Under the pieces are notes generated by a model that was not told the origin of the DNA, made no database searches, and worked only from the letters and a program-made list of their open reading frames with translations. The translations under genes were made by a program, and so were the position numbers. Shown here piece after piece: positions 18,136-41,114 of a stretch of 64,000 nucleotides of DNA (its first letter is position 1; each line of letters starts with the position of its first letter). The DNA is from the human T2T-CHM13v2.0 reference genome, Homo sapiens: assembly GCF_009914755.1 (NCBI RefSeq), contig NC_060944.1, one strand, 5' to 3'.

Positions 18136-19499
18136 TAAACGTGGGAGAAGAGAGGGCAACAAAGCCCTGGACAGTGGCTCTGCTCCCTTTAACTTGTTTT
18201 GTGATGTTTTATAGTTTGATCCTCACACCCTGTGGATTAGGCAGGGTAAATGGCAGCCCCATCCTTGAACTGAGAAAACAGGTTTAAAGAGTCCGGTGAC
18301 TAACCCCCAGAAAGCAGAGAGTTGAAGATGAAATCAGAACCTGAGTCTGGTTTTCCTGACATCCGGCAGGTTCAACCCTCAGACCACAGCTTATTAGCTA
18401 TGAGCGCAGATGGTTCTAGCGTTTATCCTCCCTGCTCCTGTGTAAATCAGGGCTGATGGGGCGACAGGTGGGAAAACTCACCTGGGAGAACAGGGCTCTA
18501 CTTCCTTAGGCAAGTCCTTGGATAAGCAAGCCTGGTCCTGTCCTGCACGCAGGACTGTTGTGAGAATCAAAGTTGATAACAGATGAGTGAAGAAAGGCTT
18601 TGAAATGTTTCTAAAGCCCTTTCCAAAATAAACACAATAATTGTTAAACACTTTGGATACTGGTTAAGGAAACTGAGGTGGATCCACTCAGTGGACTATT
18701 TTGCAATCTTGAGAAATGATCGTACTTGGAAACTTGCATACGAATTAATGTTGAAGTGTCAAAAACAGACTACCTGCTGTCATTCCACTTTAAAAAACAA
18801 GTGCTCAAAGGGTAGAGTAGTAGGATTGTTTTCAAAACTCCTTTTCATATTGATACAGCATTATTTAAGAATGTAAAATGCAGCTAACTGGTAGGTGTAA
18901 TTGTGATGATGAAGGGTGCTGGCTGAAGTAGGTGGCAGCAGCTGCTATAGTGTTAGAAATCCTTTAATGGCAGCGGCAGCAAAGAAGAGCAGAGGTCAAA
19001 ATTTAGGAACAGGAGGCTCAAGTGGGGCTGTGTCATCATGGAGCTGGTTTGGCTGGGCATTGACAAGCAGAAAAGGCAGGCACAAGTTGATACGTTGGAG
19101 GAAAAATCTTTTTTAAAAAGTTCTATTTGCATAATGAGTTACAGCTTACAAAGCATAATCAAATGCACTATTTCATTTGGTCTTTAGAGTATCTTTACAA
19201 GCCTAGCAGGGTGGTCATGGCCCTCCCCACCCCCAATTTTCCAGCTGGAAAGTGAGGTGAAGAGTGGGAAAGTGACTTCCCTTCTGGTCACACAGCCATA
19301 CGTTTCAGTTTGGGCCTAAACGGAGGTCTCCAGAATCCCACACCATTGCTGCTTCTGCTAGGTCACACTATCTAGGTGAGCTTCGTAAAGAGAATTCATG
19401 TAGAATTGCTCAGGAAAAAACAAAAAACAAAAAAAAAACCAAGAAATATCATCAGAATGCTTGTCGAGCCTTCTGGTTTAACTCTGGAAATCAAAGTTG

Positions 19500-21285
<1,786 letters not shown>

Positions 21286-22045
21286 AAGTTTTAAAAGGCG
21301 ATATGTGTTAGTGTTGGTCATCTCTGAGGAGAGGACATTCTGGAGAATGTAGAGGAAGTAACTTTTACCTTTTCTCCTTTTCAGTACCATTTGAATTTTT
21401 TTTTTTAGCCAATTGTGTTTTTCTCTTTTTTCAAATTATAAACAAACATGAATGCATATCCTCAAAGCTCAGAGAATTTTGAGAAAACACTCATTAGATC
21501 TTACTTTTGGAAAGTTGCCTGTGTTCCTAATTGTTGCTTTTAACAAAAGAATTACTGTTTAAATCTAGATAAATCTAGAAGCCTTGCTACAGGTTTTCAG
21601 AAACCAGACCTAGGGTATGGGCACCTGTTCTTACATTTCAGTGATGAGAATTTCAAAAGACATGGAACCCACGGCAAGAGCGTGAATGCCACCAGCTGCC
21701 GGTGGGTTTATCTTACCAATTCTTAGAGAACTTAGTGGGGGTGTCAGTTACCTTATAAATGCAGTTTCTGACCTTTCAGCTTCATGGTCTCACCTGTTTT
21801 AAAATAGTAGGGTTTGTCATCATTAAAAATGATGTTCAGGTTTGAGTTACACGAGCCCATTTGAGAGCAGGTGCTGAATGCCTTTCTAAAGAAAAAGGGA
21901 ACAAGTTTCCCCGAGGGCTTATAATAGGGTGGTTGTCACTTGGAAGAATTGCCTGTCCTTCTAGGATGCATGAACTTTGAAGCCTTGGGGCTGTTGATGG
22001 GATTAGCATTGGCATGGCTTGTGTTGCTTCCCTTTTAAGTTCTAA

Positions 22046-22192
<147 letters not shown>

Positions 22193-22729
22193 TGACATTT
22201 AGCCTGCCCACGCAAAAGCCCTGTTAAGTAGACCCACAACCTATTACCTATAATGACTTAATAGCATTACATTTCCCTCTTCCTCCTGGCCTTTTAGGAC
22301 AGTTAATACGAAGATAAACCTGTTTGGTCCATCACTTAGAACAGCTGTCATTATATTGGGCTTCGTTGTACTGTGCCACTGTTGGCAGACCATTTACCCT
22401 CAGTTAATAACCCTGTTTATTTCCAGAGATTACTCACTTATCGTATCTTTACATTGAGCAATCTTCCTGGATGAAGAGCATTAATGCAGTTTCCAAAGGT
22501 TATCTTTCCCCACGCTATCGATCTTCACATTTGCTGCCGGCTCTGTCTGTGTAGTAATAGAAAACAGTCCTTTCCACAGTCAGACATGCTATCCTGCATC
22601 GTTCTCTGGAGACCTTAGGACTTCAACAGCCTAAACATAACAAGACAGTAAATTCACAAATCACTTAAGCATTTCTGAGGCTTTTGATGCTATTGGATCA
22701 GGGGTGCCTTGCATTTCACTGTGACTTTA

Positions 22730-24458
<1,729 letters not shown>

Positions 24459-24624
24459 CACACACTTGGCCACAGCTGAGAGGCGAATATATTGAGTTAG
24501 CTACTTTTTGGCATCAGAGCAAAGGAATAAAACAAGCTGGTATAGGAGTACAGACCTTTTCATGATCCAACAGTTGCTATGTCTAACTTTCCTCAACCGC
24601 AGGGCATCATTATGTTTCATTTAA

Positions 24625-24783
<159 letters not shown>

Positions 24784-25791
24784 TAAGGCCAGACATGAGC
24801 CAGGGATCTAGAGTAGGGTTAGAAATACTCAGCTCTGCCGGCCTAGCTCTTTGAAGGGTAGGTGGCAAAATGATTTGTGTTCTTAGGGGCAAGTCTGACA
24901 CCCTAATCTAGCCCAGTACAGAAGCCAGAAGCACTTTGAAGTCAGAAAAGAGCCTTAGTGGTCAGCTTTGAATGTATTACAACCATTGTAATTGATGCCC
25001 CAATACAATAGAATGAGAGAGGAAAATTATTGCTTTATGAAGATGAAAATGCATTCATAGATGTGGCAGAAGATTAATTTGTTAGCTGTGTAAAAATTCT
25101 CTGCTGCTACAGAGAATCCTGCCCTGCCCTCCCCACCCTCAACATGTCCCCGAGAGCTGCTCCTCTGTAACCCTCACAGCTCCAGGAGCTTGTCCCGGAA
25201 GCACGAGGTCTGTGTTATTTCCCACAGAAGCTGCAGCAGGTTTTGCAGAGGCTCCCAGCAAGGAGTATCTCCTCAGTAGCCTACACCATCTCCCCGGGAC
25301 CCAGACAACCTTAGAGTCACATGGATGGTCAGACAGACCTTGACATGAGGGCAGCTTGCTGGCAGCTTGACTTTCTAAACAGAATTGGAGGCAAATTTAA
25401 ATGTCACAAAGGTGTTTCTCATTGATTTGACTTTATTAGAACCTGAGTGATTTCAGACACACAAAGGCCAGTAAGAACAGAATTGCTTTCACCTCTGGAA
25501 ATCGTTTTCAGATGTGCCGCTTTCTTCTATCCAGGACGTTTGCTGGAAGAATGTAACTCAATAGTGTACCCTCAACGTGGCTGCCAGTTAGGGTGCTGGG
25601 ATCAGAGAGAGGCTTTTTCAGGGAGACCATCAGTGGGTGGGAGAAGATGTCTCATCTCCACCCGAGTCTCCATTGTGAGCTTTCTGAGCATTTCACCATG
25701 GAGACTCGGCACAGACGTGTTCCTTGGCTTTCCTGTAGGAATCCAGGGCCCACCAGAGCTTCCCTTAGCACCAGCAGTGGCAGCTGGTTCA

Positions 25792-26130
<339 letters not shown>

Positions 26131-26473
26131 AGACAAGAATTGAGTAGAAACCATTTGGTTTATGTTCTGCTTAGCAGGAGTTCCTAATCTGGAATCCTAA
26201 AGTTGTATGCATTTTATGGGGAGAGAGACTATGGTTTTTATCAGAATCCCAGAAGGATCAGTAACTCCTCCCTCTCCCCTGCTCATGTATTCGATTCAAA
26301 AACTTAAAGCCCACTCTTCTGTGGCCCTCTTTGTGAGTCCTAGAATGAACTCTACCCTGGAAAAATCAGTGACCCTAATGGAAGCTCTGGTTGGGTGTTT
26401 GTCATTTCTTTCCTCAGCTGATTTCTCCCCTCACTGTCCTTTCTTGATTCTCAAACCCTCTTTCCTTTGGCAG

Positions 26474-26521
26474 GATCGCTGCAGAGCAGAGCAGTAGATT
26501 GGCAAAATATAGGACACTACG
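26474..26521 (+). CDS. RPN2: RPN2 alternative 48-nt cassette exon (adds IAAEQSSRLAKYRTLR to the C-terminal tail)
   Basis: Long CU-rich tract plus ggcag acceptor; symmetric phase-2 exon with no stop; CG|GTAAAG donor. The peptide matches my recollection of an annotated RPN2 splice isoform. Confidence 0.85.
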
Positions 26522-27204
26522 GTAAAGATGAAGGGCGGACTCATCCCAGAAGCAGGGTCCCTTCCCCGTCTTGCCCGCCTCATGCATGTCAGTTATCTCT
26601 CTAGTTTTCAGCCCACTTGCTCCTCCCACCCCTCCCTAAGCCACAGCTGAATTCTGAGGCTGCTTTTCAACTTGCTAGATGAGGTTGTGACTGGACCAGG
26701 GCAAAAGCTTCCTGAGTTAGCCCAGCTGATGGGATAACTTTGCAGTGAGCAGCTTTGGCCTGGCTTTGACTGTATAAGACTTCATTCTCCCTTATATCCC
26801 GTGGGGTACTTACTTATTTATAGACAAGCCTCTCTCTCTGTTTCCAGGACAGCTGAGATGAGGATAAGACAAATCCAAAATTCATTAAATGACGGTCCCA
26901 TGGCAAATCCTGGCACACCTTGTCACTGTTTCTAGACTTTTCTGTAACACCGATCTCTAGTTGGGCTAAACATTGTGGTCTGGGGAGACTGTAATTTATG
27001 AAGGACTGATGGCCACAGATCAAAGCCAGCATCAGAATCCAGGTTCCTAGCACTCAGGGTATGTTAAAAGGGCTGCTCCCCATGTGACTAAAATGTGAAG
27101 TGAGATTCCACTCATTCTCCTTCTGCATATCAGTCCTAGGATGGGAGGGAAGTGGAGGGAAGGAGAAGGAGAGTCTGATGCTTCACTGATCTGCTCCGCT
27201 AGAC

Positions 27205-27424
27205 CAGGGTCTGGCAAAAGTTTTCTGTAAAGAGCCAGACAGTATTTTAGGCTTAACTGGCCATATGGTCTCTTGGCACCAACTACTCAACTCTGTCACT
27301 GTCATGTGAAAGCAGCCATAGACTGTATAAACAAATGGGTGTGGCTGTGTTCCAACAAAACTTTATTCACCAAGACAGGTGGTGGGCTGGATTTGGCCTG
27401 AGTGGCACAGTTTGCTGACCCCTG
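27205..27424. mobile_element. MER58A-like hAT-Charlie MITE
   Basis: CAGGG...CCCTG termini, ~220 bp, 8-bp TSD cgctagac/ccctagac, internal gtggctgtgttccaacaaaactttatt. Confidence 0.85.
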
Positions 27425-27989
27425 CCCTAGACCAACAAAGGGAGGGGAGGTATTTGAATTTTCAAGTCATGTTCTCCTTTATCCTTTGCCTTGGAAATGG
27501 CTTTCCCTGCCAAAGCCACAAAACCATCTAATTTCTAATCCTCTGAAAATAGGAGAGATCAACAAAAGCATAGTATTTGGAGCCTTTCCATGGATGTGTG
27601 AGCATAAGCTGGGTCACCTAGTCCTCAACACAGAAGGGAACTGCATTTGTTTGTTTGTTTGTTTGTTTGTTTGTTTCCAGGTTTAATGGAGTTGTAATTT
27701 ATCTGCAGAAGAATGTACCCTTTTTAGTGTACAATTCTGTGAATCCTGAAAAACCTCTGTAGTCATGTAGCCACCACCTCAGTCAAGATATAGGTATTGC
27801 CACTCTCCAGAGAGCTCCCCGGTGCCCCTTTTAGAGTCCGACCCTTCTCCCACCCCCACTCCCTGGCTATGCCCGTTTGGTTTTATCCTACATTATAGTC
27901 ACTCTGTCTGAGATTTGCTTTCAGCAACTGTCCTTGCTGCTACATGTTGAGTTCTTTAATTCTTTAAATAAGTCGATTTCTTTTCTTGA

Positions 27990-28136
<147 letters not shown>

Positions 28137-28778
28137 TAAAGTCCGTTCCCACCCTGCTATCCCCAAATCATTGCTTGAGGAAGAGGAAAGTCACTTGATC
28201 ATTTGGACATTTGGCATTTCCTAGCATTTGAAAGGAAACCCCCTGGTAGCAAAGTGTTCTTGATCTGAGGGCAGACATTGATTTGAGCAGACATAATGTG
28301 GGACGTAAGTTCTAGCCGCAGTCAAGAGTTGTGGGCCACTACCCTTCGGCTGTTCTTATTTCATACTCATGCCATCCTTTCTGCATGAACATTTCTGAAT
28401 GCCCACATATTAGTGTACCTAAGAACCTCTGAATACTGGCAAGGAATTAGGGGTGCACACCCCAGCCCTCAAGATTAATTCCATGCCTGTGCATGTCTTT
28501 TGGAACTGCTTTATTAATGGGTTTGGAGTCTGCCATTCTGCAAGACTGGATCATTATCACCTTAGTCCTCACCCCTGGGAAGAGCTGCCACTGAAGGATG
28601 GTGTGTGTGTGTCAGCAACCCTGCCTCTGCTTGCTGGAGCCTGCTGGGATCAGTTACTCACTGCAGTCACCTCCTCAGCTTCACAGTCTGTCTAGATTGT
28701 CATTTTCATTCATTGTGCTTCCCCATCCCTCCTTAGAGTCTAGGGAAAGGCAGCGGAGGGGAAACAAAGAGTACAGGA

Positions 28779-28904
28779 GATAGGTTCTTATCCCCTTTAA
28801 CACTTTCTGTGAGCTGAGTCCCATTTTTGAGAATCTTTCTGTGTTAGGTTAGATGCTGAGTGTGACTTGGCAAGAACACGGCCACACGGCAGGAATGTGC
28901 AGGT
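28779..28904 (+). repeat. 126-bp direct repeat, copy 1
   Basis: Ungapped match to 29956-30081 with 8 mismatches by manual comparison. Confidence 0.95.
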
Positions 28905-29370
28905 TTCTGTAATGAATGGTCAGGATGTCATGTTCTAAGCTACAGAAGGGCCAAGTGTTGGTTGGCAGAGCTGGAGTCTGGGAGATTGATGATGAGCATT
29001 ATTTAAGCTTTGCTCTTTGTTCATCTAATTGAAATTTACACTGTGTTTTTGGCCTTGCACTGTGAGAGGTGTGCCTGGAATTACCTCATCTCCTTATGTT
29101 GTCACATACCACTTTCTTAGTTATTATTGAGTTTGTTTTGTTATTTGTATTTAAGTTGTCATCAGCTTAATTATGAACTAGCTGTCTCACATTCTTTTGT
29201 AAAATGAGATGGGGCATACATAAATAGACTTGGGAGATAAATGATTATTCCCTTATAAATGGGATCTTAGAGCGGGAGAGTACTTTAGTCTCTCTGTTGT
29301 CACCAGTTAGGAACTGTAACTGTGAACTGAAACCTTCAGTAATTCTGTGTTTGTCTCCATTTTCTTTCAG

Positions 29371-29383
29371 AACAGCACATTAG
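29371..29383 (+). CDS. RPN2: RPN2 terminal exon (17), coding part (R)TAH*
   Basis: tttctttcag acceptor, then A ACA GCA CAT TAG. Summed CDS in the window is 910 nt, consistent with the end of the 631-aa protein. Confidence 0.96.
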
Positions 29384-29692
29384 TTCCAGAAGAAAGATGG
29401 AAATTCTGAAAACTGAATGTCAAGAAAAGGAGTCAAGAACAATTCACAGTATGAGAAGAAAAATGGAAAAAAAAAACTTTATTTAAAAAAGAAAAAAGTC
29501 CAGATTGTAGTTATACTTTTGCTTGTTTTTCAGTTTCCCCAACACACAGCAGATACCTGGTGAGCTCAGATAGTCTCTTTCTCTGACACTGTGTAAGAAG
29601 CTGTGAATATTCCTAACTTACCCAGATGTTGCTTTTGAAAAGTTGAAATGTGTAATTGTTTTGGAATAAAGAGGGTAACAATAGGAACAAAG
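29384..29692 (+). other. RPN2: RPN2 3' UTR (end approximate)
   Basis: Runs from the TAG to about 20 nt after the AATAAA at 29665; has A-rich tracts at 29467-29497. Confidence 0.8.
29665..29670 (+). terminator. RPN2: RPN2 polyadenylation signal AATAAA
   Basis: First canonical AATAAA after the stop, with upstream TGTA and a G/U-rich stretch downstream (~29717-29745). Confidence 0.85.
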
Positions 29693-29955
29693 GCCTGATT
29701 GAGAGCTTATTCTCATACTTTTGGGTGGTGGGGTCCTTGGGTATATGACATGAGGACTTAGTTGGAAATGCTGTTGATGCCAGCATATTTCTCCAGGCCT
29801 TTCTTGGTCCTTCTTGCCCCTTGCTCCTAACAGAACTGAGAACTGCCTGGAAAGGCCAGCTTCCTTTTTTCTTCTCCAGCAGTGAGCACCAGCTGTCTGC
29901 ATAGGAGCCCTGTTGGTATCTGAAGGCCCCATTTGGACCTCTAGGGGTCCAAGGG

Positions 29956-30081
29956 GATAGGTTTTTATCCCCTTTAACATTTTCTGTGAGCTGAGTCCCA
30001 TTTTTGAGAATCTTTCTGTGTTAGGTTAGATACTGAGTGTGACTTGGCAAGAACACAGCTAAACAACAGGAATGTGCAGGT
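29956..30081 (+). repeat. 126-bp direct repeat, copy 2
   Basis: Ungapped match to 28779-28904. Confidence 0.95.
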
Positions 30082-30121
30082 GGACTGCAGCTAGGACCTC
30101 TGCTCAAGGCTCTTGTCTTGG

Positions 30122-30423
30122 GGCCAGGCATGGAGGCTCACGTCCGTAATCCCAGCACTTTGGAAGGCCGAGGCAGGGGGATCACTTGAAGTCAGGAGTT
30201 TTGAGACCAGCCTGGCCAACATGGTGAAACCCTGTCTCTACTAAAAAACCAAAATTAGCCAAGGGGTGGGCATGGTGGTGCATGCCTGTAATCCCAGCTA
30301 CTTGGGAGGCTGAGGCAGGAGAACAGCTTGAACTTGGGAGGCGGAGGTTGCGGTGAGCCATTGCACTCCAGCCTGGGCCACAGAGCCAGACTCCATCTCC
30401 AAAAAAAAAAAAAAAAAAAAAAA
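30122..30423 (+). mobile_element. AluS
   Basis: Full dimer with A23 tail. Confidence 0.92.
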
Positions 30424-30837
30424 GACTTGCATGGAGATTTGTTGCAACATGAATTTTCAAGGGACACAAATTCAAACCATAGCACTGACCACTTGAGTGA
30501 CTTTAGTCTAGAAGGCCACATCTCAAGAATGCCCCCTCTGAAGTTGTGCCCATTACATGAGGTTATATAATAGCACAGAGAGAAGTAATACTGCATAGCA
30601 TGGTTGACTGCGTAGACTTTGGTTCCAGGCAAACCTAGTGTTGCCACTTACTAGGGTGAGGGACCTTGGGCAAGTAGTTTAACCTCCGTAAACCTCCTTT
30701 TGTGTTTCTGTAAAAGAGAGATGATAACTACCTACCTCATAGGATTAAAGGAGTTGAATGCTGACGCAGCTTAGCACTTGGCATCTTTCCTGATTGACCT
30801 CCGGTTATGTGCCTTGGCCCATTGCCTCTAGTTCTAG

Positions 30838-30874
30838 AATGGCAAAAACTGCAATTACTTTTGCACCAACCTAA
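30838..30874. mobile_element. MADE1/Hsmar1 solo terminal inverted repeat
   Basis: aatggcaaaaactgcaattacttttgcaccaacctaa followed by TA corresponds to the right half of MADE1. Confidence 0.88.
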
Positions 30875-31148
30875 TATTAATTGAAACATAATAAGTTTAG
30901 TTAACTTGTGAAATATGGTAATCCTCATAGTATTTATTGAATTGGGGGTCTGGAAGTTGTTTTATTTTAATCAGATTGCTTCCCAACTAGCTGGACCTTA
31001 CTACAGTGAAGAAATTGGGATTTTGATTGGGAAAAAGGGAAAGAAGATTCTAGAACTCTATGCCGTTCTGAATGGGATCCTATAGGTAAGAGGATGATGT
31101 GGGCAGTTACAGGGATGCCTCTAAGATGGGAAGGAGGCTTCTCCTTCC

Positions 31149-31485
31149 CAGAGGTTGCAAACTTGTGATCTGTAGTGTTTTTTTAAAAATTGAGTAAGTT
31201 GCCAACATTTGAAGACAGATTTTATATAAAAATCTTGGTTTTGGATTCTGGATTCTCCTGAAAGAGAAAACTAGAGCTGTCCACGGCGGGCCTGATTCCT
31301 GAACGGCAGCAGTCAGCTGACACTGAATAGCAGCTCGTCCCTTTGGATGGAGCCTGCAAGCTCCAGCTTGTCAGCCCCTCCCCGCACAGGTGTCCACATA
31401 CAGGACACTTGCGCCAGTCCACCTGGCGACTGTGCTTCTCTGATACCTGCCTGGCTCCCATAGGCATATACCTTTGGGATCCTCC
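31149..31485. mobile_element. MER102-like hAT-Charlie element
   Basis: ttgccaacattt...ataaaaatc...ccctttggatgg...tacctgcctggctcccataggcat resembles the MER102 consensus as I recall it. Confidence 0.7.
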
Positions 31486-32349
31486 ACTTTTTAGTTTCTT
31501 ATCCCACTCGGAGGGGAAGGGGTGATGGTGGTTTCCTGTTGCTCTTGGGCGGCTCCTAGTGTTCCTACTTAGGTGTGCTGGGACCTCAGCCGCTCAGACT
31601 GGAGAGGAAAGAGAGCCCCAGCAGCGTGTGGGATGAGAGCAGGGACACTTGCCACCTATCACCAGACCTGTGCGGGCCTGGAAGACAGACTGGGTGCGGG
31701 GCTGGTGGACAGTGGTGTGGAGCAGGGGTAGTAGGGCCTGAGGGTGGAAGTACAAAGGCCGCTGGGTGTCCTGGTCACTGGGAACAAAGGACAGCCAGTG
31801 GCTGGAAGGAAGGAAGTCGGGAAACAGCTTTTTGGAGAAACGGCTGGCACAGCTAAGTAAGGGGTTCCCGGGCTGGTTTGGGGCTGGCCTGCAGACTCAG
31901 ATGGGAGCTGGAGAACAGAGCCCAGTAAACATTGCCATGTGCCAGGCTGTGTTCTGTGTCCAGAGCTACCACAGGGAGCAAGACAGATCCAGTCCCTTCC
32001 CTTGGTCCAGGTACAGCCCACGGGCACCCAGCTGAGGGAGAAAGGAAGCAGTGATCACACATGTGAGAAGGGCCTCAGAGGAAGCAGTTCTTACCTTGAT
32101 GGCTTGGGAGGTCTCAGCTGAGACCTGAAGAATGAGAAGGCGCCTATGCCAAGCTGAGGAAGAGCACTCCGGCCAGAGAATCAGCCAGCATGGAGGCTCT
32201 GGGGCAAGAGCACGGCACATTCTGACTGGAAGCAGGCCAAGCAGCCAGGGTGTCACTGGCAGGAACGGCATCCTCGCTGGGATAGAAGCCAGAACAAACT
32301 TGGCTTTTAGGGGTTGTGGTAAAGGGGACTGATTTTTCTCTTAGGACCT

Positions 32350-38460
<6,111 letters not shown>

Positions 38461-38758
38461 GGCCGGGTGCAGTGGCTCACGCCTGTAATCCTAACACTTT
38501 GGGAGGCTGAGGCAGGCAGATCACCTGAGGTCAGGAGTTTGAGACCAGCCTGACCAACATGGAGAAACCCCATCTCTACTAAAAATACAAAATTAGCTGG
38601 GCGTGGTGGCACATGCCTGTAATCCCAGCTACTCAGGAGGCGAGGGCAGGAGAAACACTGGAACCTGGGAGGCGGAGGTTGTGGTGAGCCAAGATCATGC
38701 CATTGCACTTCAGGCTGGGCAACAAGAGTGAAACTCTGTCTCAAAAAAAAAAAAAAAA
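38461..38758 (+). mobile_element. AluS (Sp/Sq-like)
   Basis: Full dimer with acatggagaaacccc and aacaagagtgaaac features. Confidence 0.9.
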
Positions 38759-39182
38759 GTTTGTTGAATCAATAAGTGGTATTGCTTATAGAAGAGCAAA
38801 TCACACGTGGGTGAAGGATGACTTTGATCGAAGTTAGTTGAATGTGGTTAAGAGCTGGTTCTGAGTTGGACTTGCCTGGATTTGAATCCCAGCGCTCTCA
38901 TTTGCACGGTGTGACTGTGGGCAATTTGGTTACACTTTCTGAGCCTCAATTCCTTGTCTGTGAAAGGAGGAGGATACCAGTACCCTCCATCAGCCTGTGT
39001 AAGGAGCATATGAGATCCTATGCATGAAGCTGCCTGGTTTGCACTCTGCGTGCTTGGTAAATGTTAGCTTTAAAAAAAATTACACCTCGTAATACCACTT
39101 TGGGAAATGTAACTATGTAAAACACATAAAAAATTAGGCTGAAGAGAAAAGAACATTTAAATGCACACCGGTATGGGGGAAT

Positions 39183-39188
39183 TTTATT
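39183..39188 (-). terminator. GHRH: GHRH polyadenylation signal AATAAA
   Basis: TTTATT on the + strand, about 95 nt past the GHRH stop codon on the - strand. Confidence 0.85.
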
Positions 39189-39282
39189 GTATTTTCAAAG
39201 GAAAAAGTGGGTCAGAAATGAGAGGATTAACTGGATCCAGTTGCATTTTGGCTACAGGTAGCCCGGGTCACAGGAGGAATCT

Positions 39283-39301
39283 TCATCCCTGGGAGTTCCT
39301 G
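39283..39301 (-). CDS. GHRH: GHRH exon 5, coding part (S)RNSQG*
   Basis: Minus strand reads tctttctttctgCAG|CAG|GAACTCCCAGGGATGA, a tandem NAGNAG acceptor. This completes a 327-nt CDS. Confidence 0.96.
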
Positions 39302-40554
39302 CTGCAGAAAGAAAGATCAAGCTCAATCCGGGGAATTGAAGTAAGGGTGGCTAGAGTGGGATGCATGGAACCAGGGTGACGGGTGCTCCCGTGACAGGAG
39401 CTGGCCTTTTGGATTCCAAAAGAGGCAGTGTGGGGTGGAGGGAAGGATGCGCAAGCATGCCAGCAAGGCGAGTCCCAGGCTTAGCCCCTGCTCTCTGCTC
39501 TGCCAGCCAACTCCCACCGAGACCCTGGGCCAGTCACTTCGCCTTGAAGAAGCTTCCTCTAATCCCCAGACAGGCTCAGCGTTCTCCCAGCCTCACCATC
39601 ACCACTCCCCAGCATCTCTTCCCATTCATCACAATGAAGTAATTGACTGTACAAGAACGTGTCTAGTTCCTTGCTGCTTCGGTGTGTTATGAATTCCATG
39701 AGAGCAGGGGTCGCTGCTGTCCTGTACCCTGCTATGCCTCTGGTCCAGAGTGTGGCATGTCATAGTCACTGGATGGTCTTTACAGGGGTGGGAAGATGGC
39801 TAAACCCGAGCCTCAGTTTCCTTACAGGGCTGTTACGTGGACACAATGTATGATGGCTGCAAAAGTGTGCCATCTGTCACATGGCTCTACTCTGCACTCT
39901 AAAGCAGGAACTTATTCCTGCTCACCAGTGATATCCTGGTATTTGCAGCAGTTGAGCTGGAGGGGGAACAATGGCTATAGCAGCCTTCGGGGCCCTTCCT
40001 GCCAGCTCTGCGGGCTCTGTGATTTCAATCTCCGTGAAGCCTCTGGCTTTTAACTCGCGGGAACAAAGCCTGCATTCTTAGGATTAGCCCTCCATGGAGC
40101 CATCCACCCTACTGGGGCCTGATGAGAGCCATAGCAGGTGAACAATTACTTAATCCCAGCCTGCAAGGCACAGAGGAGGCCTTCTTCTTAGAGACATTAT
40201 TTTTGAACTCTTGTCTTGCGGACCCTAGAGATGGTAAGAGCTAACCCCTCCTTTCACAGAGTCGAAACGAAGAAGTGTGTTGCTGTGCCGCTAGTTGCAG
40301 AAACAGGCCTGGGGCCCAGGTGTTCTTCCCGCCTCCCAGACTGGTTGTCGCCTCTCCTGTCATCTGCCGTAGGCCTGGTGCTGCTTGTAGGTGGTGAAAT
40401 CTCTGGGCTGGTGGTGTCTAATCGGGTTGGGAAGAAGGTGAGAGAGGCCATGGAGCGCTCTGCTGGGAACTGGATTTGCTTAATAGCTTGGACCAGAAGT
40501 GCCCAGCAGAGCCACACTGGGACCTGCTTGTGCTCGCAGTTAAATCAGGCTCTA

Positions 40555-41114
<560 letters not shown>

